Virus record (IMG/VR): IMGVR_UViG_3300025120_000059
Span: 1 to 57,305 of that record
DNA length: 57,305 bases
Source: a virus
Lineage: Duplodnaviria; Caudoviricetes
Direction: 5' to 3' (one strand)
Shown here: piece by piece, positions 28,620 to 38,073 of the stretch
Position numbering within the stretch: the stretch's first letter is position 1
Layout of the letters: each line of letters begins with the position of its first letter
The notes under the pieces: model-generated
Databases searched by the model: none
What the model was told of the DNA's origin: nothing
The model's input: only the letters and a program-made list of their open reading frames with translations
Position numbers and translations under genes: made by a program

Positions 28620-28697
28620 ATGACAGGTCGTTCATTTATTATATTTTTTATAGCAGTAATACTAACAGCTATAATTGTTGGTCCTGCTAACGTATAA
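28620..28697 (+). CDS. Possible 25-aa hydrophobic membrane peptide
   Basis: MTGRSFIIFFIAVILTAIIVGPANV directly after the endolysin stop. Confidence 0.35.
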   Translation: MTGRSFIIFFIAVILTAIIVGPANV

Positions 28698-28710
28698 TAC
28701 GGAGGTTAGT

Positions 28711-29073
28711 ATGGAAGGTGGTATTGACATACGTCTGGTCGTAACTATTGCTGGCATCTTATTCAGTGTAGCAGGAGCCAGTGCTGTAGCTAAGATGCAG
28801 ATTAAACAGTTAGTAGAAAAGCTGGATGATATTGAGCAACGTCTGCGTAAGATGGATGCTCGTAGTGATAAGCTAATCACTTCAACTGAAACTCAGGAAC
28901 AAAGAATTAATATTTTAGCAAAGATGGCAAGTCCTGAAAATCTTAGAAGAGATCATATGCAAATGGCAGAGATTGTTACGCATGTAGAACGACTACAAAA
29001 AGATTGTGATAGACTATATTCCATGCATAATGGAACACATCCTCCTGTTCCTAGTGAAAGAGTAGGTAAATAA
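28711..29073 (+). CDS. Membrane-anchored coiled-coil protein (lysis associated?)
   Basis: SD GGAGG before ATG 28711; one N-terminal TM segment followed by a coiled coil. Confidence 0.6.
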   Translation: MEGGIDIRLVVTIAGILFSVAGASAVAKMQIKQLVEKLDDIEQRLRKMDARSDKLITSTETQEQRINILAKMASPENLRRDHMQMAEIVTHVERLQKDCDRLYSMHNGTHPPVPSERVGK

Positions 29074-29143
29074 GTTAATATCCTCTGTAACGAGCTAGGA
29101 GCGTCATACAGAAGAATCAGTACCTCTGGGCTATACGCCTACC

Positions 29144-29192
29144 AGAAGGGCTAGAGAAGGCTACTCAGTGGCTCTCCTAGCCCTTCTTTTTT
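29144..29192. terminator. Intrinsic terminator at the convergence of the two arms
   Basis: AGAAGGGCTAG...CTAGCCCTTCT stem followed by TTTTT; overlaps the terS stop on the other strand. Confidence 0.75.
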
Positions 29193-29685
29193 ACTCTACC
29201 AGTAGGGAATTTTCCTCTTCACTGTCTCCAAGCGGTTCTTCTGCATCATCAACAACATCTTCTTCAAATAAGGCAGTAGCAAACTCACACTTAGATAAAA
29301 GGTGTACAACTTTCTCTTCTCCCAGTACATTTAAACATCCAACAATAGCAGTCTCTAGTGTGTCCTTATCCATAGATAAACCACTATCACTATTAGAACC
29401 ACGAATACGTGACAATAGTTCAAGTGCTTTGATAGCACTGTTAGTATGTCCGTTTGCTTTAGCAAATGTATACTGACTTTCTATTTCTTCTATAACATTA
29501 ACATCTGTCTCAAGCTGTTGTTCAAGTTCATGTACACGATCAACTACTTCTTGATTCTGTAGTAACCTGTATCCTTGATTGTAAGCAGAGTCAGCAGCAT
29601 AACCAGCAGCCTTTGCTGCCTCAGTTGCATTGCGATGCAGAACGTAAGCCTCTGCAAACTTTTCTTGCTTCTCGTTAAGAGACAT
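29191..29685 (-). CDS. terS: Terminase small subunit (HTH)
   Basis: LNEKQEKFAEAY..NATEAAKAAGY...GYRLL signature. Confidence 0.8.
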   Translation of the reverse strand: MSLNEKQEKFAEAYVLHRNATEAAKAAGYAADSAYNQGYRLLQNQEVVDRVHELEQQLETDVNVIEEIESQYTFAKANGHTNSAIKALELLSRIRGSNSDSGLSMDKDTLETAIVGCLNVLGEEKVVHLLSKCEFATALFEEDVVDDAEEPLGDSEEENSLLVE

Positions 29686-30086
29686 TATTTCATATTACTT
29701 CTGGCTACACCCTTCCACTTCTCAGCAGTACGCATACCACCAAGTCCTAAAAGAGAAAGCAGGAGTGTCATCAAAGCTTGTGTATCCAGTGCAGGTAGTT
29801 CTACTATAGGATACCAGATAGCAAGCCCCCAACTCAGAACAGGTGCCAGTATAAACTGCCACATCAAAGCAAAGCAACATACCCACATGATAGCTGGCCT
29901 AGCTCCACTTACAAAGATGGAGGGATGCTTTGCCTGTTCAATGTTTGCTTCTGCTTGAGCAAGGTCAAGCGATACCATCTGTGTCTGAAGCTCATGCTCT
30001 AGCTTTTTCTTCAGGTCTTTATCTTCTACAAACTTATCAAGTACCTTACCGGCTACACCGATAACTGAATCTGCAATACCTAACAT
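29685..30086 (-). CDS. 3TM holin (GTA-type)
   Basis: FVSGARPAIMWVC...LLGLGGMRTAEK.KGV signature. Confidence 0.8.
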   Translation of the reverse strand: MLGIADSVIGVAGKVLDKFVEDKDLKKKLEHELQTQMVSLDLAQAEANIEQAKHPSIFVSGARPAIMWVCCFALMWQFILAPVLSWGLAIWYPIVELPALDTQALMTLLLSLLGLGGMRTAEKWKGVARSNMK

Positions 30087-30775
30087 TCTTGTTCCTCCTC
30101 TTTCTTTAGTTTAACAACACGAGGATACTGATCTATCCTATAACCTTCAGTATAAAAAGTCTTGGTATCTCCTTCTTCCATTGTATCAGCAAAGAGATAT
30201 ATTTTCAAGTGTTTAAATTTTCTACTTTTCTCAGCTAACATCTGAAGCCAATCATTAGGGGAGAATACAGAGATGTGAGCATTCCTACCATCAGGCAGAA
30301 CTTTTACTGCTTCGTAACAAGCTACGTTTAGAAATACCATCTTTTTTGCATATGAAAAGATTTCCTCAACCACCCAACCCAAGTCTTCTTCTGCAATATG
30401 TTCAAGAACATCTGTGCATATCACTGCGTCTTTCTTATGTATAGGAAGCTTACTATATTTTTCATAGCCGGGATCAAAGAGTTCACACTCATCCAACTCC
30501 CAATATTCAGGAAGAGGACAGTCAATCTCATTAGTCATCTCTGAAAACTTATCAGTATATAGTACTGCCTTGCCACACCCATAGTCAAGTACAGACTTAC
30601 AGTCATTGTTTTTCAGGTATAGTTTAATAAGGTCCACAAACTTTAGAAGGCTACGTCCATTGAACATTCCTTCTCCCTGATCATGCTTCTCCTCATACAT
30701 CTTAACAAGATTCACATAATCATCTGATGGGTTATGTCTACTGTTAATGTTATCTATACTAATATCAGACATCAT
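30080..30775 (-). CDS. Class I SAM-dependent methyltransferase
   Basis: VLDYGCGKA motif I; DAVICTDVLEHI. Confidence 0.85.
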   Translation of the reverse strand: MMSDISIDNINSRHNPSDDYVNLVKMYEEKHDQGEGMFNGRSLLKFVDLIKLYLKNNDCKSVLDYGCGKAVLYTDKFSEMTNEIDCPLPEYWELDECELFDPGYEKYSKLPIHKKDAVICTDVLEHIAEEDLGWVVEEIFSYAKKMVFLNVACYEAVKVLPDGRNAHISVFSPNDWLQMLAEKSRKFKHLKIYLFADTMEEGDTKTFYTEGYRIDQYPRVVKLKKEEEQEC

Positions 30776-33149
30776 AATATCCTTTAAATTTAATTCTAGC
30801 GTCTTGTTCTTCTTTGATCTTCCAAAGGTCAGCTACCATAGTATCTTCACCATGAAAAGTCAGTATGCCGTCAAGGCCGGGATCACTAAATACTTTTTCA
30901 CAATCCTGTGCCATAGCTAGTAGCTCACCTGTTGTCCAGTAAGTTTGATCTTTAACATTGACTTGTATGTATTTAGGCTTGGGAGTTTCCCCACCTTCAA
31001 GATCACCAGTAGTTTCTGTCATCTCTTCTTTGGTTGGTTCTTCACGGCAACAGTCAAAACCAAACAAGTGTAAATCTCTGAACCCCATTGTATGCATCAT
31101 ACCAATAGCTCTCATTGCAGCACATGTACCACCAGTAATAAGAGTAGCTCCTTTAGGAATGCCAAGACTTTCATTAAGCCTTACCTGTTGGTTTTGTATC
31201 TGCGCTCCCTGTTCTTCTTCAGTTCTTAGTGAGTCAGTAAATGCATGCCATCCCCACAGTTTAACATTACGTTCTTTAAGGTGTGCAGTTACTGATGGAT
31301 CAGTCATAGATGCTACAAAGAAATTAGTATCTGCATGTGTAGTTTTAAACAGGTCCTTACGTATAATATTATGGGTACTCTTCTGAGTAATGGGTCGTGG
31401 ATCAAGAACAATACATCCCCACGGAATAATATTATTCTTCATCAGACCCGGCAGTGCATGTTTAACAGTAAGCACTTTGCAGCCGGGATGTTCATGTATA
31501 AATTTTTCTAGTTTACCGTAATCTAGATAAGGTCCAGCAGAGACAATGACCCCGACTTCTCTATGAGGTGGATGCTTCTGTACCCATTTATTTTCATCAA
31601 TGCTTTTCATATTAGATTTAATATTATTAGCAATGTATTCTTTAGATACAGAATCTCTGGGATGTACTATAATTGGTACACGTTTTAAGTCTTCTGGAAC
31701 TTCTTCCAATGTAGCATCGTGAAGTATAACAGCAAGATGTGTATGTCCTGCTGGCAGAACTTTATCAGTAGAAGGCAATACATGTTTTCTTGTTGGTACA
31801 CTTTCATCAAACTCTGTCCAACCATCTTCTGTAGTTTTTTCTGCGTTTACTTTCTTAATAAGAATAGCATCAAAAACTTTCTTAACTCCCTGATGTTTTT
31901 CATCAGGTATAACTATAGCATCTGGATTAGGATTGTCTGTTTCATCACGTTCTTTTGTAAAGAAATGATCCATGATTACAACAGGAGTATTCTTCAAACA
32001 GTTGTACTCATGTTGTACTGTTTCTTCGCTATTACCACTACCGATAAATGCAAGGTCCGCAACAAAAGGTTCGTTTCTTTTCTCAAGAGTATCACGAACA
32101 TTGCCTTTATGTATCTCATAGGAAAATGTTTTATTCTTTTCCCTCTTCATATGTTCTTTAAACTCTTCAAACCTTTTTACAACAGCAGCCTTTGTATTGT
32201 GAGGCTTAACATTATTTTCTTCTGCGTCTAGTTCTGCCGTTGCATCTTCAAACAAATCATACCCAATGTAATGTACAGCATCTCTATTGTCAAAGGCAGC
32301 AAGAGCCATCTCAATAGCACGACCACCATTCCATGTACCTGTCTCAAGAATAGTTTCAGGTTTGTAATGTCGAATCAAATCAGCAAGCTGCTTATATCTA
32401 TTAGGTAGGATGTCAGGTGTGGTATCTGTTTCAGATAAAGATACTATCCTATTTCCCTGACTGTCTCTAAAGTTAGCAGAAGATTTATCTGCCAGATTAA
32501 TAAACAAACTTTTAAATGAGTTAGAAGAATGTAGATTAAAACCATGTGCATTATAGATAGTAAGAAGACGACTAAGAATAAAGGTGGTTGTCCATTCTCT
32601 GTAGTTAAGATATTCTCCTGAGACGTAAGCACCTCTTAGATCGCCAAGAAGATCAACCGTGGTTTGTTTAGAAAGATTAAATGCTGCAAAGTAATCAGCA
32701 TCTTCCATACACATAAAGTCACAGTCTTTTTTAATATATCTCTCAAGAGTTTCAGTTCTAATATCTTTGGTAATAAGACTAAGAGGTTCCAACCAAAGGA
32801 GCCATGCATCACTATTGTTAAAGGCACACTCACTAATAGCAAATGCTTTAGGTGCAGCAGACATACCATCTAAAGCTTCACTATAATTTATAGCTCCACC
32901 TTCTGTTCCGTTGTGTTCTTTATTCTCCTTAATAAAGTTTGAGTACTCTTCAACATCTTCTAGGTTATGATAAAAGATATTCTTTTGTTTAGGAACATCG
33001 TAATTATCAATGTCCATGTTATAGTAATAACAATGAAACTCAAAATCAGGTTGCCAATTATTCTTAAATGACTCTAGAAGTTTGTGTCCATTTTGTTTAA
33101 AGAGCTTTTCATTAAAAGCTGTAGCTACTTTAAAGTTCATAAGGTTCAA
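30765..33149 (-). CDS. Three-domain fusion: glycosyltransferase-like + methyltransferase-like + Maf/DUF115-like domain
   Basis: N-terminal GT-like region; ILETGTWNGG..YIGYDLFE; VIVSAGPYLD, LDPRP, GGTCAA, MGFRDLHLFGFDCC. Confidence 0.7.
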   Translation of the reverse strand: MNLMNFKVATAFNEKLFKQNGHKLLESFKNNWQPDFEFHCYYYNMDIDNYDVPKQKNIFYHNLEDVEEYSNFIKENKEHNGTEGGAINYSEALDGMSAAPKAFAISECAFNNSDAWLLWLEPLSLITKDIRTETLERYIKKDCDFMCMEDADYFAAFNLSKQTTVDLLGDLRGAYVSGEYLNYREWTTTFILSRLLTIYNAHGFNLHSSNSFKSLFINLADKSSANFRDSQGNRIVSLSETDTTPDILPNRYKQLADLIRHYKPETILETGTWNGGRAIEMALAAFDNRDAVHYIGYDLFEDATAELDAEENNVKPHNTKAAVVKRFEEFKEHMKREKNKTFSYEIHKGNVRDTLEKRNEPFVADLAFIGSGNSEETVQHEYNCLKNTPVVIMDHFFTKERDETDNPNPDAIVIPDEKHQGVKKVFDAILIKKVNAEKTTEDGWTEFDESVPTRKHVLPSTDKVLPAGHTHLAVILHDATLEEVPEDLKRVPIIVHPRDSVSKEYIANNIKSNMKSIDENKWVQKHPPHREVGVIVSAGPYLDYGKLEKFIHEHPGCKVLTVKHALPGLMKNNIIPWGCIVLDPRPITQKSTHNIIRKDLFKTTHADTNFFVASMTDPSVTAHLKERNVKLWGWHAFTDSLRTEEEQGAQIQNQQVRLNESLGIPKGATLITGGTCAAMRAIGMMHTMGFRDLHLFGFDCCREEPTKEEMTETTGDLEGGETPKPKYIQVNVKDQTYWTTGELLAMAQDCEKVFSDPGLDGILTFHGEDTMVADLWKIKEEQDARIKFKGYYDV

Positions 33150-33900
33150 TTATTCCTTTCCCTGCAAGGTATGTGTAATCTCCATTCCATTCAGAGGCGT
33201 AGATACCATCTATTGATCTACCACATTTCCATTCTTTAAACCACGGTCCACCTGTAGTAAAGTGTACGTTCTTAGCTTTCATATCTTCAGGTGAATGACC
33301 ATCAAGCCAGTTCCACTCCTGATGTATCGTTCCAATGTCAGAGTCTTTGTCAGGCAACCACTCAAAGCCATGCAGCCATGATCCTGACTGTGTGTTAACA
33401 ACTTCAGGAGTTAGCTTTCTATTTAGATCGTGTCCACAGTTCCACAGAATAAGACTTGACCAGTTCTTCCTGCGATAGTGTTCCTGCTTCTTACCATCCA
33501 TCTTGTATTCTTCAGCAGGTTCATACTGATGCTTAACACAATAAGCTGGATAGTAATCCATGTTGTACTCTTCAAAGATTTCATTGATATCGGTACGTAG
33601 ATACATGTCACAGTCCATGTACAAAGCCCAACCCTGATACATATTCAGAGCAGGTACAAGAAAGCGTGAGAAGCTGAACTCAGTAGAGAACGGCTTACCA
33701 TCTATGTCATCAATCATCTGTCCATCTTGAACTGTATGCTTACGATTGTACATACCCATACGTTCCAGAACATCCAGACGCAGAGGTTTGATGTCTACAT
33801 TATCAACAGCAATCCGTTCAATCGTAAACTTTAAAACTTCATAAGCTACGTCTTCTCTTGGATCGTATCCAATGTAAACTGTGTTAGGGGACTTTCTCAT
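33130..33900 (-). CDS. GT-A fold glycosyltransferase (GT8/CDI-like)
   Basis: VYIGYDPRE, STEFSFSRFLVP, YMDCDM (DxD), KNWSS, HFTTGGPW; SD GGAG before ATG 33900. Confidence 0.85.
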   Translation of the reverse strand: MRKSPNTVYIGYDPREDVAYEVLKFTIERIAVDNVDIKPLRLDVLERMGMYNRKHTVQDGQMIDDIDGKPFSTEFSFSRFLVPALNMYQGWALYMDCDMYLRTDINEIFEEYNMDYYPAYCVKHQYEPAEEYKMDGKKQEHYRRKNWSSLILWNCGHDLNRKLTPEVVNTQSGSWLHGFEWLPDKDSDIGTIHQEWNWLDGHSPEDMKAKNVHFTTGGPWFKEWKCGRSIDGIYASEWNGDYTYLAGKGIIEPYEL

Positions 33901-33928
33901 ATATAACTCCATAGTTAACCGTTATACT

Positions 33929-33958
33929 ATTATAACATCATAATAGCTTTATTGTCAA
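33929..33958 (-). promoter_or_regulatory. Sigma70-type promoter for the glycosylation/holin/terS operon
   Basis: TTGACA-N18-TATAAT with extended -10 TG. Confidence 0.8.
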
Positions 33959-33967
33959 GGACTTTCT

Positions 33968-34044
33968 TGGCGCACTTGGCAGGACTCGAACCTGCAACCT
34001 ACAGATTAGAAGTCTGTTGTTCTATCCAGTTGAACTACAAGTGC
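33968..34044 (-). tRNA. trnR: tRNA-Arg (anticodon TCT)
   Basis: GCACTTGTAGTTCAACTGGATAGAACAACAGACTTCTAATCTGTAGGTTGCAGGTTCGAGTCCTGCCAAGTGCGCCA; full cloverleaf, GTTCGA T-loop, encoded CCA. Confidence 0.95.
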
Positions 34045-34165
34045 TAGTATGTTGTATTTCTTTTAGATATTTTTTACCTTTTTCTGCTATTTCTTTTATA
34101 GTTCTAGTACAAACTACACAAAAGGTTTGTGTTGGATCAAGCTTACATTGTTTCTGACACTCCAT
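34022..34165 (-). CDS. Small Cys-rich protein, DUF1289-like
   Basis: SD AAGGAG; MECQKQCKLDPTQTFCVVCTRTIKEI; stop codon lies inside the tRNA gene. Confidence 0.55.
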   Translation of the reverse strand: MECQKQCKLDPTQTFCVVCTRTIKEIAEKGKKYLKEIQHTSTCSSTG

Positions 34166-34199
34166 ACTTTTCTCCTTTGACTCCTCAGTGGGCCACCAG

Positions 34200-35885
34200 T
34201 TACACCCCACACGATCCACCATGACCTGTAATGTCACAGATGTCATGTGTCTCAAGACCTTCTTCAAACTCCTCACCAAGTTTTTCTACAGCTTCAGAAT
34301 ACGACACCGAAGATAGAGGCTGTCCTCCCCGACATCCATCAGGATACACCGTGAAACCTCGCAGCCTGTGAGCATAAGAAGCAAGAGTATTAGTAAACTC
34401 TTCAACAGTATCTTCATTGTTTAGTTTACTCCCCCACTTAGGCAGATTAATTGTACTGCTGATAGACATATCAACATAGTCCTGTACGTCTGCCTGAAAC
34501 TTCATGCGTCTCTGATAGTCCTCTGCAAGATCAAGTGCTGACTCAATGTTCTTTGGATCAATACCATAGAGATCAATAATCTCCTGTGCTGCACTGTCCA
34601 CCACGTACTGATAGTGCCAACGATTACCACCCTTCAGATACCTGCGCTTATAAGCAACAGCAAAGATAGGCTCAACACCTGTCGATGTTCCTGCAAGAAT
34701 ACCTATTGATCCAGTTGGAGCAATGGCTCTATTAGCGACAGGACGACTACAGCCAAGAGTATCAGCAAAGCTGGAGCTAACGTGATCACTAACTCCTTTA
34801 TATACCGATAGCCATTTGTGAAGTCCTTCAGTAACCTCATACTTCTCTCCTCCCTTAATTAACCATTCATGCATACCCATCAAACCAAGACCAAGCCTAC
34901 GGTTCTTCTCACGGGTTTCATAAACTTTAGCGTATGGAAGTTTTGCTCTGAGCGTACCGCACAACAAGAACTTAGTACCAAGCTCCACTACTTCAGCAAA
35001 CTCTGAAAGACTTTCAATCCTGCCCATGTTAACAGACCCAAGATTACACACGTCACTATCATCAGCGGAAGTAACTTCCGTACAAGCGTTGCGAAGCGTC
35101 TCATTCTCTTTATCAAAGAAGTTGAACGAGAAACCCGGCTCGGCAGTTGATAGGGCTTGACGAACATTCTGCTTAAAAGTATCCCCAACATCTCCTGTCT
35201 TCCAATAATTAAGTAACCATTCAGTATCATAGTTTACGCTAACATTTGTCATATCAAGAGGAGCATTAAAGTTAAAGTCTTGCTCCTTAACTTGACCAAC
35301 AGAGAATCCTGTCTCTCCAACAGGCATGTCATACCAGTTCTTGCTGGTAAGAAATTTATCTACATCAGGATGTTTCCAGTTCAGGCTGGCATAGATAGCA
35401 GACCTACGGCTACCACCCTGCATAACCCTGCGACCAATTTCGTTGATCATCTGCATCTTAGGTATGGGTCCACTTGACAGACCACCAGTACCATTAAGGA
35501 TACGTCCCTCTTCACGATAGACAGAGTAGTCAATACCAATGCCACCACCTGTCATAAGACAGGACTCAGACTTCCATGAGATGTCTGCCCAATCTTCTCT
35601 GGTATCCTCCTCTGCTTTGAGCAGGTAACAATTATTAAAAAACTTATTCTCTCTACCTGCATAGTAGAGGTAACGACCACCGGGAATAAACTTTAGGTCA
35701 GTGATCATACGCTTCAGTGCGTCTCTGTCATCCTTACTTAGATATTCTTTACACACATCATCCACCAATACAGATGACAGTGCGTCCCATGTCTCACACC
35801 CATGATGGGCGTACTTGTGTTTGAAAATGTCTTCGCTAAACTTAGAGCGAAACATTGGGTTCTCGTTAGATCGAAATTGTGGCAT
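34200..35885 (-). CDS. nrdJ: Ribonucleotide reductase, class II (B12-dependent)
   Basis: FIPGGR, NNC, NACTE, CNLGS, IAPTGS; TVYPDG instead of YY, C-terminal Cys pair, no small-subunit gene in the window. Confidence 0.85.
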   Translation of the reverse strand: MPQFRSNENPMFRSKFSEDIFKHKYAHHGCETWDALSSVLVDDVCKEYLSKDDRDALKRMITDLKFIPGGRYLYYAGRENKFFNNCYLLKAEEDTREDWADISWKSESCLMTGGGIGIDYSVYREEGRILNGTGGLSSGPIPKMQMINEIGRRVMQGGSRRSAIYASLNWKHPDVDKFLTSKNWYDMPVGETGFSVGQVKEQDFNFNAPLDMTNVSVNYDTEWLLNYWKTGDVGDTFKQNVRQALSTAEPGFSFNFFDKENETLRNACTEVTSADDSDVCNLGSVNMGRIESLSEFAEVVELGTKFLLCGTLRAKLPYAKVYETREKNRRLGLGLMGMHEWLIKGGEKYEVTEGLHKWLSVYKGVSDHVSSSFADTLGCSRPVANRAIAPTGSIGILAGTSTGVEPIFAVAYKRRYLKGGNRWHYQYVVDSAAQEIIDLYGIDPKNIESALDLAEDYQRRMKFQADVQDYVDMSISSTINLPKWGSKLNNEDTVEEFTNTLASYAHRLRGFTVYPDGCRGGQPLSSVSYSEAVEKLGEEFEEGLETHDICDITGHGGSCGV

Positions 35886-35899
35886 AGGTTTGTCCCCCT

Positions 35900-36208
35900 T
35901 TAGTTATCGTATTCCATTTCCAATATGAGTTGGGCGTAGTGGATAGCCTTCTCTATGTCTTTCCTGCCTTCTCCTTTGGTGCGATGGCGAGTGATGTATT
36001 TTATCACATTGCCCTCTAGATAGTCAAGCCCATTGGCATGAATATATTCTACTGGTTGTATCTTACATCCCTTGTAATGTTGTCCTCCAACTTGCTGCTT
36101 TAATGCTTTAGCTTCTTTTGTACGCCTCATGTAATAAGAATAGTTTCCCTCTTGTATAGGATAGTTTGAATGGTCATAGGAAAGAGTTAATTTTTCTTCT
36201 GATTTCAT
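35900..36208 (-). CDS. DUF3310 protein (T7 gp1.7-like nucleotide kinase family)
   Basis: QVGGQHYK..IQP, GNVIKY..R...K, DIEKAIHY. Confidence 0.8.
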   Translation of the reverse strand: MKSEEKLTLSYDHSNYPIQEGNYSYYMRRTKEAKALKQQVGGQHYKGCKIQPVEYIHANGLDYLEGNVIKYITRHRTKGEGRKDIEKAIHYAQLILEMEYDN

Positions 36209-36497
36209 TAGCGTTCTCCGATGTTATAGTTTTAATAGCGAAGCTTCTTACTACTTTAGGTTCTAATCCAGCAAGCTCGCACGTTGCCTCAAAGTTTTCA
36301 CAGGTTACTCCAATAGAACAGAAGACCCATGCGCTTGCTTGATCACGATGCAGCACTGTCTCTAAACTTTCACTGGGTTCTTTAGGTTTGGATAAGTCTA
36401 ACAAAGCTTGAAGGATTATGGCAAGATGTAATGTCTTGTCTGAATCTTTCTCAGTTAGATCGTACAGTGTACCGAAGTCCGGTACTTCATTTGTCAT
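36174..36497 (-). CDS. Hypothetical protein
   Basis: 107 aa, AIILQALLD...A..W...F...CELAGLEP helical motif common in marine phages. Confidence 0.6.
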   Translation of the reverse strand: MTNEVPDFGTLYDLTEKDSDKTLHLAIILQALLDLSKPKEPSESLETVLHRDQASAWVFCSIGVTCENFEATCELAGLEPKVVRSFAIKTITSENANEIRRKINSFL

Positions 36498-37206
36498 CAG
36501 ACCCTATCCTTTCTATTTTTACTATGTCTTTATAAGGCTTATAAATACCATTTATAACTTTATATAAAGCACTGCTATCATACCCATCTATGTTTTTTAG
36601 CGTTTGGAATTCTTCAGTGTGACCATCTTTAAATGTTATAATATATGGTCCTTTAAAATTAGGATGTTTTTCTCCCGATTGAGCAGCACTCATGTTCGCA
36701 CGATGTTCAGCACTAAGTGTCTTGCCTGTATGAGCAGCACTTAACTTCGCACGAGTTTCAGCACTAAGTGTCTTGCCTATATTACCAGCACTTATCTTCG
36801 CACGGCTTTTAGCACTGTGAAACTCAGGAGCGATAAACTTTACAGCACCTAGCTGAGCATTGTAATACAGTCGCTCACCACAGGGCAGTAGTTCCGGTGA
36901 GAGTACATCATTGTCTGTCTGGAAATGTACCTCACCGCTTACCACACCACCTCTTGTTTTATAGTTACAGATAATCTCAAAGGTAAACTTATCTTTACCA
37001 AGACGCTTCATGTCTTCTTTGAGTGGCTTACATGATCCTGCGTACACTCTCCAGTTAGATTCTCTGTCACGTTTTCTTTTCTTATAAGTATGGTAGAACT
37101 TCCTACCAATATATTTCCTGCCACTGACAGTGTTTGTTATAAGGTAAACAAAACCATAGTATGTATCAGGGTCTACCTCGCCAACCCAATGATGTTTCTT
37201 GGACAC
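36487..37206 (-). CDS. GIY-YIG endonuclease with NUMOD3 repeats
   Basis: GFVYLITN...KYIGRK; three SAE.RAK.S repeats. Confidence 0.85.
   Translation of the reverse strand: MSKKHHWVGEVDPDTYYGFVYLITNTVSGRKYIGRKFYHTYKKRKRDRESNWRVYAGSCKPLKEDMKRLGKDKFTFEIICNYKTRGGVVSGEVHFQTDNDVLSPELLPCGERLYYNAQLGAVKFIAPEFHSAKSRAKISAGNIGKTLSAETRAKLSAAHTGKTLSAEHRANMSAAQSGEKHPNFKGPYIITFKDGHTEEFQTLKNIDGYDSSALYKVINGIYKPYKDIVKIERIGSDDK
36681..36819 (-). repeat. 51-bp tandem repeat encoding NUMOD3 units
   Basis: cagcact...ttcgcacg...cagcactaagtgtcttgcct recurring with 51-bp period, ~2.7 copies. Confidence 0.85.
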
Positions 37207-38064
37207 TTAGACAGAGACTTCCGGTACGTCAGGCTGCTTCGCTACCTGCGTAAGATACCGCCTACCCTGCGAATACTTGAACGCACGTAGACCTTGACCG
37301 CCATTAGCATCCGACCAACAGTCTCTCTTATGCTCGCAATAAACACAACCAACAGCAAGCTTACGGTTGCCAGACTTACCATCAGGTAAATCGGAATAGC
37401 ACTTATCAGGTACGCTACTGTCAGCAACCACATTTTTAAGATGCTTAATTCTTTCTTTAGCATTGATCATATCCATACTGTGCAGTTGAGAAAGACATAC
37501 CTCACCAGTAGACTTGTTGATGGCAAGGAAGGCCGCACGATCCAGACCATTAGCTGCTGCATAGGCAGAAACCTGTGCAACATAACCAAATGGATCGTCC
37601 TCTGTTAGTTTATTATATTTAAACTTATCAAACCCCATACCACTGGCAGACTTAACATCAACAAGCACACCATCAATAATAGAATCTTGATGCCCTACCA
37701 CACCTTCAAGCGTAACCTCTTTCTGTTGATCTGTAACCTCATGTCCTGCTACTGTAGCACAGAGCAGCAGAAGCTCCTCAAGAATATATCCATATAGAAA
37801 CTTAATTCTTGTAGATGGTGGCAGTGTCTCTGGTGTTAGCTTCTTGTTGACATCGTACCAAAGCTTTCTATCAGGCTTACCAATAGCAGACAGACGTAGG
37901 TTGCCACGATCTCTTGGTACTTCATAGAGAAAACTTTTCAGATGTACCTTCAGCATCTCTCCAAAGGTATCAATATGTTTGTCTACCTCTGCTTCATCCA
38001 TATCAATAGGTGTTAGATTAAACAGATCATAGATATCTTCTACAAGAGTTTCTATTGTTTTCAT
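37207..38064 (-). CDS. PD-(D/E)XK (Cas4/RecB-like) exonuclease
   Basis: LRLSAIGK, GHQD...VDVKS, YVAQV, CVYC...C; likely start MKTIETLV. Confidence 0.8.
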   Translation of the reverse strand: MKTIETLVEDIYDLFNLTPIDMDEAEVDKHIDTFGEMLKVHLKSFLYEVPRDRGNLRLSAIGKPDRKLWYDVNKKLTPETLPPSTRIKFLYGYILEELLLLCATVAGHEVTDQQKEVTLEGVVGHQDSIIDGVLVDVKSASGMGFDKFKYNKLTEDDPFGYVAQVSAYAAANGLDRAAFLAINKSTGEVCLSQLHSMDMINAKERIKHLKNVVADSSVPDKCYSDLPDGKSGNRKLAVGCVYCEHKRDCWSDANGGQGLRAFKYSQGRRYLTQVAKQPDVPEVSV

Positions 38065-38073
38065 TATATAAGA

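Noticed and set aside
33968-34044. tRNA as attP or prophage boundary
   Set aside because: No integrase, no duplicated tRNA 3' end, and phage genes continue on both sides
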